This document shows positions 26,591 through 38,726 of a DNA stretch of 38,726 nucleotides, piece after piece; position 1 is the stretch's first letter, and every line of letters begins with the position of its first letter. The position numbers and the translations under genes are program-made. The stretch lies in NCBI GenBank assembly GCA_001929475.1, contig LXFE01000294.1:1-38726 (forward strand), in the 5' to 3' direction. The notes under the pieces were generated by a model that saw only the letters and a program-made list of their open reading frames with translations, did not search any database and was not told the origin of the DNA. Origin of the DNA: Neolecta irregularis DAH-3 (Eukaryota).

Positions 26591-27145
26591 TTATGTTCCC
26601 ATGGGAGCAGAGTCATGGTGTTTTATAATAAAGTTGCATCTTCTTCGTTAACATAAAGAATCAATCTGTTGGAAGCAATTGTAGATTCTTAAAATAAAAA
26701 CATCATCTAGCGAATAATTACTACAAATGAATTATATGAGTAGCAATCCACTACCTCATCGCTGGTGAGACCGAATCCGTTAAGGAGCGGGCGGACAAGC
26801 AAAGCATGAAAGGAAAATATATGGCTACAGAGTATATTCCCAAAATTGTTCTTTTATCTTGTAAACATTTAAAATTATGGGGCTTACTATTCAAGCGTTA
26901 CAAACGAGAAGAAACAGCGAGCTAAAGGGCGTAATCTTGAAATGGAAACTGCAACAGGTATTTTTGGTTTCTGAAGTCTCCGAGTGACAGAAATCCCCAT
27001 TATTACGTAGGAGGTTTCACAACATGGAGAAAAAGGCATTGAACTCGGGAAGATCTGCGAAGGATCTGATTGCAACTTGATCGAATCCCAAGTTAATAGA
27101 TATAAAACTCGCAATGGGTTGGCTACAGAAAGGCCTATTAAGAAA

Positions 27146-27761
27146 TCAGTTCGTACCAGCATTCTCTTCTCCCTGTGGAGCTCCCAGTGCATTGATCACA
27201 AGAATTATTCCAACAGGTAACATTAGGTGCCAGTACTTCTGGAAGAAGGTACGTTGTTCGATTTCTTCGATTTTACCTTCGGGATTGAGTTTTGTCGGCT
27301 TATTGAGGACGACGGCGGCGCCATTCACTGCTAGCGATTTCTTAATTACCGGAGAAGACTAGATCATTTAATTGATATATAAAATGGCGAATTACTTCAG
27401 TAACTGGTGGAACGAGCGAGTATTGGACATGCCAGGGACGTTCATCTTGATCTTCGAAAACCTCAAACTGTTCCGAAACTTCGTTTCTTTCAAGCCGTTC
27501 AAGCTGATCCTTAGAATGGTCAAAAACAGTATTTCTTAAAATACGTGCTAATAACGCATACGTCCCCTTTATCTGCCCATCATTCATCATCCCGATGCGA
27601 TAATTTCCACGATGAACCAGCGCTTTAGAGACTTCTTTCCATGATCTATTCTCTTCAATATAACCCCGTAGCCCATTTTCCTCTGACGACCGATGGTATA
27701 TGGCAATTTGAGTGGCAAGAGCAATTGGAAATAAAATTATCAAACGTGGAGGAAGTCTCAT
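27146..27761 (-). CDS. EMC10: ER membrane protein complex subunit 10
   Basis: Signal peptide, YRIG motif, and C-terminal AVVLNKPTKLNPEGKIEEIEQRTFFQKYWHLMLPVGIILV TM signature. Confidence 0.82.
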
Positions 27762-29113
27762 GGCTGACGTGCTGGGGGAAGATGATCACGTACCGCCATG
27801 TTTTTTAACATTTAAACCGATCTGCAATCACTTTCAACCCTTCACATATTCACTCTTCATCCCTGCTGTATAGAATCTTCCTGTAAATTTAACATGATCA
27901 CTAGCTTTCGCGTTGTTCAACCTAGTCAATAAAGCTAATATCAGCCCTTGGCGACATATGTCTTTGCAAATCTCGCCGTTTTGTTGGTTTCCGTGCTAAT
28001 TAAGTATGCAATCTACTTGCCAAAAGAATCATCAGGCATCAATATCAAGCTGCCCTATATTCTGTAATTTCCAAATACATTATTAAACCAAGTCCACAGA
28101 AAACCGGAATTAATTATTTGCTATATCTAAGAATGAACGCTCTGAAGAAATTGCAATGACATTATGTGTTCCTCACGAGGAAGCTGATTTGTCTATGAGT
28201 ATGGTGCATAGACTATGGACCTTCGTTTGTAAAACGATATGCTCTAGGTATGGTTGATTGGCTTGGAAACAAACTGAGAAAGTATTGCCGCTACTATCAG
28301 GATGATGAGGGAGAATCTGGAGATGTTTTGGGGGAAGATCTCCGAAATGGCTCTAGAAGACTTTTGAAAGCCTGGTGTATCTTTGGACTGGTTATGACTA
28401 CAATTCGTTCTAGTTTGCGAGGGCTTGTATTCTATATTCTCTTGGTTTCTCACTTGCGTTGCTCATAATGAAATAGCCGCATAAATATTTGGAAATTCAA
28501 AAAAGTGACTAGTAGCAGCAATGCATTCAAATCACCCTTCGTCAGATGCTAGCATAATTTTCTAGATGCGCGATATACTATTCACCAATATTTTTTAGCT
28601 ACTTTGCTTTCGATCCAAAACCTTTGAAAGGTTCCCAATATAGTCTTGTAAAAACTGGTTATCCAGTTCCAGCCGATCATGAGACGACTTAACGTCGTCG
28701 ATGCGATCGAGAAATTCTCGCAAATAAGCTTATAATAGGATGTTGAGTTGCTATGAAATACCTGCCAGATTGCCCTGAATCGCGAGTGTCTTCCTAGGAA
28801 CATTTAAGATAAAGTTGTCAAAATTCCATACAGCTCTAATTCCCTGCGTTTCTCATTCTGATCATTGGCAATTTGCCTATTGTCTTGCGATAAAACATGA
28901 CATATATCACCGTCATTAGCTACGGTCTGGGAAAATAACTCAAGCGATTCCGATTCCTTAGGATTTGCGTTGTCCATGGCAGTGGATATATCCAGGCTAA
29001 TCTGTGATGATCAATGGTTGGAGTTGATCGAGGTAACCAAAACTGGCAACCTAGTAACTTGATTTTACCTAAACATACATGTCCAACCTTTTCCTCTCGA
29101 TCACTAATTCCAT

Positions 29114-32100
29114 ATGAGTTCGAAAAGAAGAAAAGGCACTGCTGCCCGTCGAACTACCAGAATCGCAAGTGTCACTAATGATCAAATCTACGACTATACT
29201 CTGAAAGCTGCGTATCTCGCATATTTGAGTGATCCAGCGACAAGAAGGGCCATAATAGCTCAATCTGCTCACCGAATAACAGCCCCTAAAAGTCACAAAA
29301 GCACATATGTTTCTGCGGTTACAGATATTCTTCGAGATACCGAGAACCCCGGGAAAAACAAACTCCCCAAAGAATTAGTCAAAATACTCCGTGTGCAATT
29401 ACAGAACATATTCATGGGCCGACACCCAAATTACAACGATCCCCTTGTTCGTGCTACCTTCGGTGTTTTCTATGGTGCATATACAGAACCTCGGTTTTAT
29501 AAGCGCATAAAGGAAGATCGAAATGTGGAAGAACTTACCTTGATTTTTGTCACCTCTGCAACCAACGAGCTTCGCAAACGAGTAGAAGGAGATGACTGGA
29601 AGCCGATGATCGACCGACACATTGCTCTATTTCTTCGGTTGATACAGGACTGTATGAAACAGCACAATTTTGCGTCGTCGCATGCAGAATTAATGAATCG
29701 CCTCGAAGGATACGAACAAAAGCTTCTGAGAAACACAGGAGAGATTCTCGGTCAAGCACCTCAGTCGAACGATGAGAATATCCCGTTTGTTAGCTTCAAG
29801 GTGGTCGATATGCCATTGGTACAGCATGTTTTGACGATCTTTCAAAAATCTGCCCAGGTTGTGCAGAAATCCGTTAACTCTTTACGAGATAGGTATAACG
29901 AGCATGTATCTACCATTGATTTTATCGGCACTGAGAAAACATAGATATGGCTGCAAGATCTGAAACTATACGCCACCAAACTGAATATAAGCTCCCCAGA
30001 CCTCCCAAATGTCAAAGATTTCGAATCGGAAGAAGCATATATAACATGGAAAGAAAGAGAACTGCAAATTATATCGAGGTTGATGCTTCTCATGCTCCAG
30101 AATAATCCTTCTTTGAATCAAACCACACCAGGAGAAATTCGTCCGTCTTTGTTGTCATCATCTACTCAAGAACATTCGGATCCCAGACCCCGGTCAACAT
30201 CATATCCTTTGGATTTACTGAATCGAAATATCACACCACATCGAGAGAGAATGAGCATTCATACGGATTCTCCATCGGAAGCATTAGCAAATGATCCACC
30301 ACAAACCCCCGCGGAAAACTCAGTACTCTCACGATCTCAGCGATCACTAACTCCCAGATCAGCCCCACTTTCGCCTACATTCCGGATGATCCTAAGTCCT
30401 ACTATCGTCAACTAGTTGACATTTGCCTTTCGTATGACTTAACCCACGACCATATCGAGAGCCATCACGAGGGGTTGTTTACTCCACAGACTTCAACGCT
30501 CTTGAGCACCTGCGCTGAGACTTGGAGAATTCAGCCTCATACCCAACAAATCATCCTTCTCGATGTCCTAAGGTGCAAGTACGATGAAGCTGAACTAGAG
30601 AATCATCATATTCAAGCCGCTTTTGAAGATTTTCGATCCAGTGACTGGGATATGACGATATGGACAATTGCTGACACATTGATGTTTGGTCAAATCCTCG
30701 TACGTTTGAACGAAAGTCTTCTTCGAAGCTTGTATGATGTGCTTCAACATTGTTTTGAGGAGAAACCACCCCCTGCTGGGCCAATCCTTGGTATTTTGCA
30801 AGAGTTTATTCATCCAAATCCTCTGTTTCAGGAATCAGCTCCAGACTTGACTGGATATTGCGAACAGCTTAAAGAAGGTATTCAAGTACGAATTTGCCCA
30901 ATATGCTTTGCTGACAGGTCAGTCAAAAGCTACTGAAATCTATAACAGTCGGGTTGAGAAGGTTTGGGATGAACTAAACCTTGAGGTTATTCATATTTCG
31001 CAACTGGCAGAGGACATCATGACGGATATTTCTCGATTAGATAAACGCTACAAGAAAAAGGTCTTGGGGTAGGATGTTTGATGTAGGATTCTCGCTGAAA
31101 TTTAGACATGTAGATATTGTTGAGGCAATAGCTGACATGCTAATACCCCAATTTTTCAATGATGCTGATGAAATTCTCTCGAGGATTAAACCATATGTGC
31201 TTCTGGACGGAAAACTCATGACATCCCTTGAAGATATGTTTGAGTTGTATATGAAGATGATCGAAATTCGAATGATATACGAGAAAAAATGTCGAGCGTA
31301 TTGTCTTCCAGATTGTTTAGCTACTGATTGAGCAGGATGAAGATAAATTTTGACCTCGAAGCTTTCTTTCAATATGCTGTCCAGTCGTGGCTTGAGACGA
31401 CCGATGCAAAAACTTCTGAGTGGGTTGATCGGGCAATCTCCATGGATAAGGTGCCCTTCAATTGACTAGCATAGCACGAACACTAAAATGTAGTTCGTTG
31501 CTGAAGATGATGGGCAAGCACATTCTTCATCGGTAGTCGATCTTTTCGCATCTTTTACTCAAGCTGTTGGTACCATCAAAAATCTCCAGTGGAGAGATGA
31601 GTACATGAATGCTCGTTTCATGACAACTTTGTCAAAAGTATACCTCAATTCCTCAAAATGCGCTGAATTTAGACAATTGATAGAGCACTCAGCCAGTACT
31701 GCCGGATAATTGAAGAAATGTTTGCCACCGAGATGTTTCCACCTACAGTTGGCAGTCCGGATCAAGCACCTCATGAACGTTGGTTAAGTAAAGCTAAGGA
31801 TGTTTTCTCCCAAGAAAAGCTTGAACCATTCATTTTAACCCCAACTGTACTTTACCTTAGTTTTCATGCCCTCACAGACAGTCCTGCGTTCAACTAAATA
31901 ACATTGAATTCGCAAGAATGCAGCTCGATAACATTGAAAAGTCAATGGATGTTGACCATCAAGCCGAAATTATCCTTAGAAATACTACTCCAACAACTGA
32001 TCAAGCTCGGCCGGAAAGAATGGTATTTACAATCAAAATCGTCCAAGCGGAAGATCTCAAGCCCTGCGATCTCAACGGTCTAAGCGATCCTTACGTCGTC

Positions 32101-33403
32101 CTCAGCGATGAACATGGCCACCGTCTTGCTAAAACTCGAACAATATATGCGTCTCTTAATCCTAGATGGGAAGAGAGTTTTGATGTTATCACGGATGGTC
32201 CAATCTGGGTCGCAGCGACTGTCTGGGATCGAGACCGAATCGGTGATCATGATATTTGTGGAAGATGTCTTTTAAAACTTGATCCAAAATACTTCGGCGA
32301 TTACTTGCCGAAGGAATTTTGGTTGGATTTGGACACGCAAGGACGATTGTTGCTCCGGATTAGCATGGAAGGAGAGAAGGATGATATCCAGTTTTACTTC
32401 GGAAGAGCCTTTAGGAGTTTGAAAAGAGCAGAAAACGATATGACTCGTGTCATCGTGGACAAGGTAGATTGGATTCAAAAACATGCTGTTTATTAATAAA
32501 TTTAGATGTCGGATTACATCGGCTATTGGTTGTCGCGCAATATAATCAAGAAACTCCTAAATAAACCATTGATAGATATTTCTTCGGTTTCAAATCTATT
32601 CAACCGTACAAAACTTACGGCATCATTCGCTTATGGAGGATCATCAGTCGCCTTGTCGGATAACGAAATTGAGAACGCAATAGGTCCCTTGCTGGATTAT
32701 TTTGAGACCAACTTTGCCACATTGAGTGGCAATCTTAGCGACTCTGCATCGCTCATGGTCATGTCACGAGTGTGGAAGGAGATCCTGGTTACCATTGGTC
32801 AATCTTCATTTTTATCATATGCTGACGACAGAAGATATGATGATTCCCCCCCTCTCCGACCGACCATCGGATCGAAAACCCCTCGAGGAAGCGGAGGTTG
32901 ATGTTTTGTATAAATGGCTAGAATTCCTTCGGAATTACTTCAACGCAAATGGTGATGGAGTGCCCCTTGACGTTCTTCAAACAGCAAAATATCGTGAGAT
33001 CATGTCTTTAAGGTTTTTTTATGATCAGCAAACGCAGACGTTAATTCAGGAATGCGAACGGATAGCCTCTGAATCATACGACGTTTGGGATAACCAACAG
33101 AAGAATTTGCGAAATAAGTCCGTCCTCAACCAACGTAACTTGGGTACCATTAGAAGACATAAGCAAGAAAAAATGGTAGTTCAACAGCTGCGGCCGAATG
33201 ATGACGCATTGCTCCGGATTCTGAGAATGAGACCTGAAGCTGAGTTATATCTAAAAGAGCGCTTCAGACAAAGGTTTTGAGCCTTTCATAAGTACTATTG
33301 ACAAAGTAGAAGTCGTCTAAACTCTCAAGCAGTGATTGAGACCGGAATACGGAAGATTGCTGCCAAGCATGGCAATAAGAGAAGTCCCAAAGGTGAATTT
33401 TAA
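29114..33403 (+). CDS. C2 / Munc13-homology (MUN) domain protein (Ync13/YOR296W-like), about 12 exons
   Basis: YTLKAAYLAYL, AYIPDDPKSYYR, WVDRAISMDK/F...HSSSVVDLF, CVQLNNIEFAR, C2 domain FTIKIVQAEDLKPCDLNGLSDPYV...NPRWEESF, EGEKDDIQFYFGRAFRSLKR, LLRILRMR. Confidence 0.9.
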
Positions 33404-33546
33404 TGAGCACATTGAGTAGTTCCTTTTTTTCTTTTGTTTCTTTACATTTGTGATTCTGGAGATGGCGCAACTTTGGGAAATTTGTAATTGCATTGCTAAG
33501 CATATATGGACTGATACATCAAATCTGCTTCGATATTTATACTTGA

Positions 33547-34065
33547 CTAGTCACTTGATAATGCCTGATGTTTAGAAGATATAGTAGGAAACTACATTAC
33601 CGCTAGAGAAAATGCATCATCTGGCTTTGCGCCCAATTCTTTCATAAGACCGCCATATGGATATTTCCTGGGCGTCGCAATTGGTTCTGGTCTTACCAAA
33701 TAGAGTACACCAACAAAAGTACCTAGTACGATCCAGAAGTATAGGAATTGGCGAGCCGCGACTCCAGGTGGTACCATATCCATAGGATCTGGAGCGAATA
33801 TATTCAACACTTCATCTTGTTCGTGTAACTAGTTATTGTCAGAAATTCGAGAGGACCAAAAGTTTACAGTCTCCCCAGTGATCCTCCTGTTCTGTTGGTC
33901 ATCGTATTTAATGTGAGGATCTCGATATTGAGTATTTATGAATGGAATATTAGTGGGATAATCCCCAATCCCAGGATCTTTCTGCACATAGCTAGATGCC
34001 AGACGGAAGAAGGTAGAACGATAGGAGGGACGGGAAATGTATGTTATGGCTCTACGGATAATCAT
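33547..34065 (-). CDS. NDUFB8: NADH:ubiquinone oxidoreductase subunit NDUFB8 (ASHI), 3 exons
   Basis: Mitochondrial presequence, DPGIGDYP, QYRDPHIKYDDQQNRRITGET/LHEQDEVL, one TM helix, PRKYPYGGLMKELG. Confidence 0.9.
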
Positions 34066-34140
34066 AGAGATGAAGTGTTGCAGAGAGTAACAAATGTATC
34101 TGCACGTGAGGTTTAACCTGCGGAGGAAGCCTGGTGTGGT

Positions 34141-34247
34141 CAACCACCCGACCGACCCACCCACCCACCGCAGAGGGTGGGTGGGTAAGCACGTGCCAGT
34201 TGGTGGGTGGGTGGATAACCGAACCATCGGGTGGCACCCGGTGGTTG
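34141..34247. repeat. GC-rich nested inverted-repeat element
   Basis: Ends CAACCACC...GGTGGTTG. Internal perfect 12-bp stem ACCCACCCACCC (34155-34166) / GGGTGGGTGGGT (34175-34186), and further TGGG repeats at 34201-34214. Confidence 0.75.
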
Positions 34248-34659
34248 CTATCTAACTATTATGAGCTGCGCTTCTTGGTTTCGCCTTGGCATGGATTAAT
34301 TATCTGAGATGAATTTTATGGCTTGAAAGCTGATCTATCCTTTGATAGAGCCATTCAACAAATTTTAATCACACGAATAACGCTTTAGCTTCTTGAATAA
34401 CCAAGAGTCTAGAGCTCAAAAGTGAGATGAAAGGAACCCTTTGACGAATTGAGGCCCCCTATGTCGAATTATCTCTACCAGAACCAAAATCGGGATATTT
34501 AAACAATGAATTACATTAAATGCCAACAAAGAGATTATTGCGCAAAACAATGGAACAATTTCCCTCGCGCGAAATGCAATACAGTCCGTCTAGTTAAGCC
34601 AAAATGTACGATCGCTTTTGCATTTCCGAGCGTAAATAAGTATATGAAATTGCTGCAGG

Positions 34660-35349
34660 TCAACCGCCGCTATGGTACGGTGGCGGAAGTCTCGGTTCTT
34701 CTAGAGGAAGGAATGTCGACTGCTGTTGAATGTTAATCTCTTCCCGTTTGACCCAAAAAAACCGATTCGGATCTACCCGTTTCGATCCCCTTAACAACCC
34801 ATACGCAGGAGGAGGAGACGTTGTCGATATGTTATCTTCGCCGTCCCAACATATACTCTGTATAATCACTGGGTTCGTGTTGATTGCTACGATAGGCGGG
34901 CGAGATGATGGATCCAAGCTCCTTTTTGAATATGAAACCGTTGCAACTTGTCTCACGATAAGGAGTATTTCGAGTATAATGAGAGTGATGAAAGCAATAT
35001 GCGTTGAATCAGGTACCATTCTAAAAGCGATGAGGAGCGCATCTGTTAAGTTGGTTGGAATAATTAACTATAAGTGTTGCTTACATAGAAGTATCGTGAC
35101 AATGAACGCCAGCAAAGCAAGCATTGTAGTAATCAGGTTGAAAATTTGTGTTCGAGAGACAGCTTTTGATATTTCTCTCCGACTAGATGGACAAGGATGC
35201 TGCTCCGTCCCAGGGGTACTTCCACCTCGATGATTACCAGGACCTGCTGGCCCTGGAAGAATGCCTGAGTCGTGGTCAGTTCTCCCGGGTAGGCTCGTCG
35301 TAAGCCGTTTTAGGGAGAAAGCCACCGAAGTCCATAAACTGGTAGGCAT
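34660..35349 (-). CDS. Small fungal membrane protein with cytoplasmic PY motifs, 2 exons
   Basis: Two hydrophobic helices, then SPPPAYGLLRGSKRVDPNRFFW and LPPPYH. The GTAAGC...TTAACAG intron joins the two ORFs. Confidence 0.7.
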
Positions 35350-37705
35350 GCTAAGGACGCAAATTGACGCAAAATGAGGATGTTAGTCGAGATAAGGGCA
35401 GTAATAGAAGTTGAAAGTGGCAGACCGGCTGCGCTGCAGCAGAGTTTGCTTGCTCGTAATAGAAATCAGATGTCGAAAGATAGATTAGATCTTAGGCAGC
35501 GGTTCTCTGAGAATCAAGGGTGAATAAAGTGATGCGACTATTGAGGGTGGAGGGTGTTAATCCTTAGAAAAGCTAATAACATGGCACGGAGTCAGGTCAT
35601 ATTAGTGCAACTGGAGTAAAACTGAAAAGCATTGAGATTTTCGAGAAAACTTGAGATATAGAACCATGAATGCGTTGTTATTATTCCTCACTCTACGTAA
35701 ATCCTGTTTCACTGTCACAGTGAGTCCACAACATTCACTTTTTTGACAATAAGATCCAAAAAGAGTCGTACTAGTCCAGTTAGGTGCTCATGTAGTGTCG
35801 CTATTAAAATGCCTTAAATTTATCGATACTTAGTGTTAATGTTTAAGATTGTTAACTTTCGATAACATTAAACCCCCTGCAAAACGATTCTGAAGGTACC
35901 TAAGACAGGATGGATGGCATTATGAAGTCTGCATTAATTAATGAAATGAAACGCCGTGAAGATTTCCCGGGAGACGAAGCAAAGTGGAACTGTCTACTGT
36001 ATTCGAAGTATAGATTAGATATATTCAAACTACATATATTCTTGAAAAGCTCTGTTTGGTATGCCTACAGAATTTTGTTTGCATAAATACAATGTTATAA
36101 AAGGGGAAACCCCACAAGCGTAGACTTCGTTTTAGCCCTATATTGTTGAAAGGCATGTCCTATATAATGTGGTCTCCCCAAAAAGCCTGACCGCTCGTTT
36201 AACTCATATTTCTGTCGCTTGATCCGTTGCAAGTATCTCGACAGAGTGAAAATAAAACCAGGCTTATAGTATACTAGTCTAAGATAGTGAGTGAGTTTAG
36301 ACCATCCCATCTTCAAAGGCCACATTATTGCGCGCCACTTGCTGCATTGGTAAGATACACCTTTGGTATTTCTTCATAGTCTTGCATCTGTCCCATATTC
36401 TTTGGAGACCGTTATCATCACTAAACTATTGTTCATCGTAAGGTTAATTATTCTCTAATAGTTCATATGGTAGGTCAATTGGGCCAAGTTCTTTCAATGC
36501 ACCATAGCTTCGATGATTCTTAGAGCATGGACCAAAAGAAATCTCCATGAAAATTGAATGTAATCAGAACCTTCTAGTTCTCTTAAATTCTTTTGTGGTA
36601 TCATGACTGGGCAGATTCAAGCTTCCTATAATTCATTTACAAGTGCCACATGGGCGTACGAGGGTATTGTTAGCGACTCTTCTTTCGCCAGAGATTGTGA
36701 GAGCGTTGACAAATTCTATTCCTGTAGAAATCCCACATGCTAAGGTCAGCTGGGAACTGTCATATTATATGACTAGAGTGTTTTACTTCTACGGAGAAAG
36801 AGTTTTTGGAAAATCCGATCTTCTTCATCAACTCATCCTTTGATGATGAGAAATCTTGCAAGGGAATTCGTCAGAGTCAACCTGCTTTTTAAAAGTTGCG
36901 CTAAGTCCATAGCGAGAATTCCTAATTCGGAATATTCGAGCTCCTACATAATTTTCAACGAATTCTTACTCTTGACGTTTATTCTTGACTTCAAAGCATT
37001 TTTTATACGTTATCAAGTCCGTGGAGAATCTTACAAATCAGAGTACGAATGAGAAAAATGCCTACTTTCATAATATCAACCTGCCTTTACAGAGATTAGG
37101 ACCGATAAAATATTGTACAGGAGAACTAAAGGGTTTTCCAGACGTTCTAGCGTCTCAGCCTTCAGATCATGAAAATGGTGAGCATCCTGCTTACTCGCAT
37201 CAAGCTGGCATTCATCTTTCCTGTACCGAAACTACTGTAAAACTCTTCAATCTCAGAGCTTTTGGTCACTTTGACAAATCAACCATACAATGGCTACGAC
37301 CTACATCACTGGCCAGCATTGTTTACGTATTGCCGAGGTCGCTACTGCTGACAATTCACCGATTCTTCGGATATACTGCTTAAATCCCTACGAACACGAG
37401 TACCCATTCTGTTCTTAAAAGAATATGGGTGTAATCTGTATCCTTATTCGTCATTATATTATTGGTAAGAACGCGAGTAATTTATCAAACTAACTTTTCA
37501 CGCGAGTCAAGAAGGTCTTAGTCATTCGCCATAACTCAGAAGTGTCGAACAGTTGCGAATAAAAGCGATCATTATAGCTTCCTTCGGAGATCATCACGGA
37601 AAGGCTTCCTAGCATATCATGGGTTGCAATCCCAGCTCTCTCAGAAACCAGTTTAAAGACCCCGCCATTCCTATATCAAAGTCCATACATTCTGCTTCTC
37701 CAGTC

Positions 37706-38586
37706 ATGTCTTCATACCTAGTAACTGGTGCATCTCGAGGCCTTGGCGCAGAGTTTGTTCGCCAATTGGTCCTTTCACCAAAATCCACAATAGTTTACGC
37801 TGCAGCGAGGAATCCCCACTCTTCTGCTGATTTGAAAGAGATCAAGAAAATAGATAAAGACGGAAAGTTGGTTTTCCTCACAATTGATATCGATGATGAG
37901 GCCAGTATCACGGTAGTGTCTGCGACAAACCGTTGCTGAGACTTCAGGCTGCTGTTAAAGCGGTTGAACAACAGTCGGGAGGTCTTGATGTTCTCATTAA
38001 CTGTGCTGGCATAGCGTCTTTGCAAAAGATTCAAGACCTGTTACTTCCTTCTCATTCTATCGCTGATTAGTAAGTACCGGCGAAGAGCTCCTTCGACTTC
38101 TTAAAACTAATGTGGTCGGAACTCATCTTGTCACCCGAGCACTCCTTTCACTTATCAAGAAAGGGTCTGGAAAAAAGATCGTCAACATGTGTGCCCTTTT
38201 CTATTGCTCTTGGATTAACACATATAGCTCAAGTTATACCGGAAGTATTGGAGGAAGCAATGCTCTCCGTTGTGGAGGATACGCGACCTCTAAGACAGCA
38301 TTAAATGCAATTACTGTCGTAGAGAGACCGCGTTCGGCTCGCTACTAATATTTAGCGATGGGCCAAAGAACACCAAGATCTCGCCATATTTATTGTTCAT
38401 CCCGGTTGGGTAAAGACTGGTATGTGTATCCCTGTAAGTTTTCATTGACCTTCAGATATGGGAGGTTCAGATGCTGCGCTGGAAAAAGATGTGAGTATCA
38501 AGGGAATGCTCGAGGTTATTGAGAAGACTGGGCGAGAGGGAAGTGGTACTTCATTAGGTTACGACGGAAGCACTCTCCAATGGTAG
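37706..38586 (+). CDS. Short-chain dehydrogenase/reductase (CsgA/C-factor-like), 6 exons
   Basis: YLVTGASRGLG, LDVLINCAG, KTNVVG, KIVNISS, YATSK (YxxxK), VHPGWVKT/DMGG, terminal YDGSTLQW*. Confidence 0.93.
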
Positions 38587-38672
38587 ACTGTGCTTAGCGT
38601 AGACAGATATTGACCTACTTTTTTGAAAAGATATGTTTCACTGTAAAAGTCAGTTATAGTCAGACTTGCTAA

Positions 38673-38715
38673 CAAGTAAGCAAGTCCAATTCTGGACTTT
38701 GGACTTGCTTGCTTG
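38673..38715. repeat. 17-bp inverted repeat (hairpin) downstream of the SDR
   Basis: CAAGTAAGCAAGTCCAA, 9-nt loop, TTGGACTTGCTTGCTTG (16/17 matched, one G-U). Confidence 0.7.
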
Positions 38716-38726
38716 CATATTTCAGG

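Overview
Gene-dense fungal chromosomal DNA with very short introns. It is most likely an early-diverging ascomycete (Taphrinomycotina, Neolecta-like); this is an inference from gene content, retention of a complex I subunit and 31-59 nt introns. Hand-splicing gives about 17 multi-exon genes: TM9SF/Emp70, Ran GTPase, Mnr2-type CorA, tubulin cofactor A, AA11 LPMO, an uncharacterised protein, an MFS transporter, a rhodanese-PTP MAPK phosphatase, a DH RhoGEF, Rtc3, Swr1, EMC10, a C2/MUN-domain protein, NDUFB8, a PY-motif membrane protein, a CsgA-like SDR and a partial secreted Cys-rich protein. There is also a dispersed 5S rRNA gene, a probable Tfb6 pseudogene and several small repeats. The main signal is the splicing system. 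The essential Ran gene can only give its invariant protein through an AT-AC intron with U2-like signals and a GT-TG intron, and it also has 11- and 12-nt microexons. TM9SF has a GC-AG intron. Window-wide, only about a third of donors keep the normally near-invariant +5 G, and acceptors appear to be chosen by distance from the branch point. All exon structures are manual inferences without RNA evidence.
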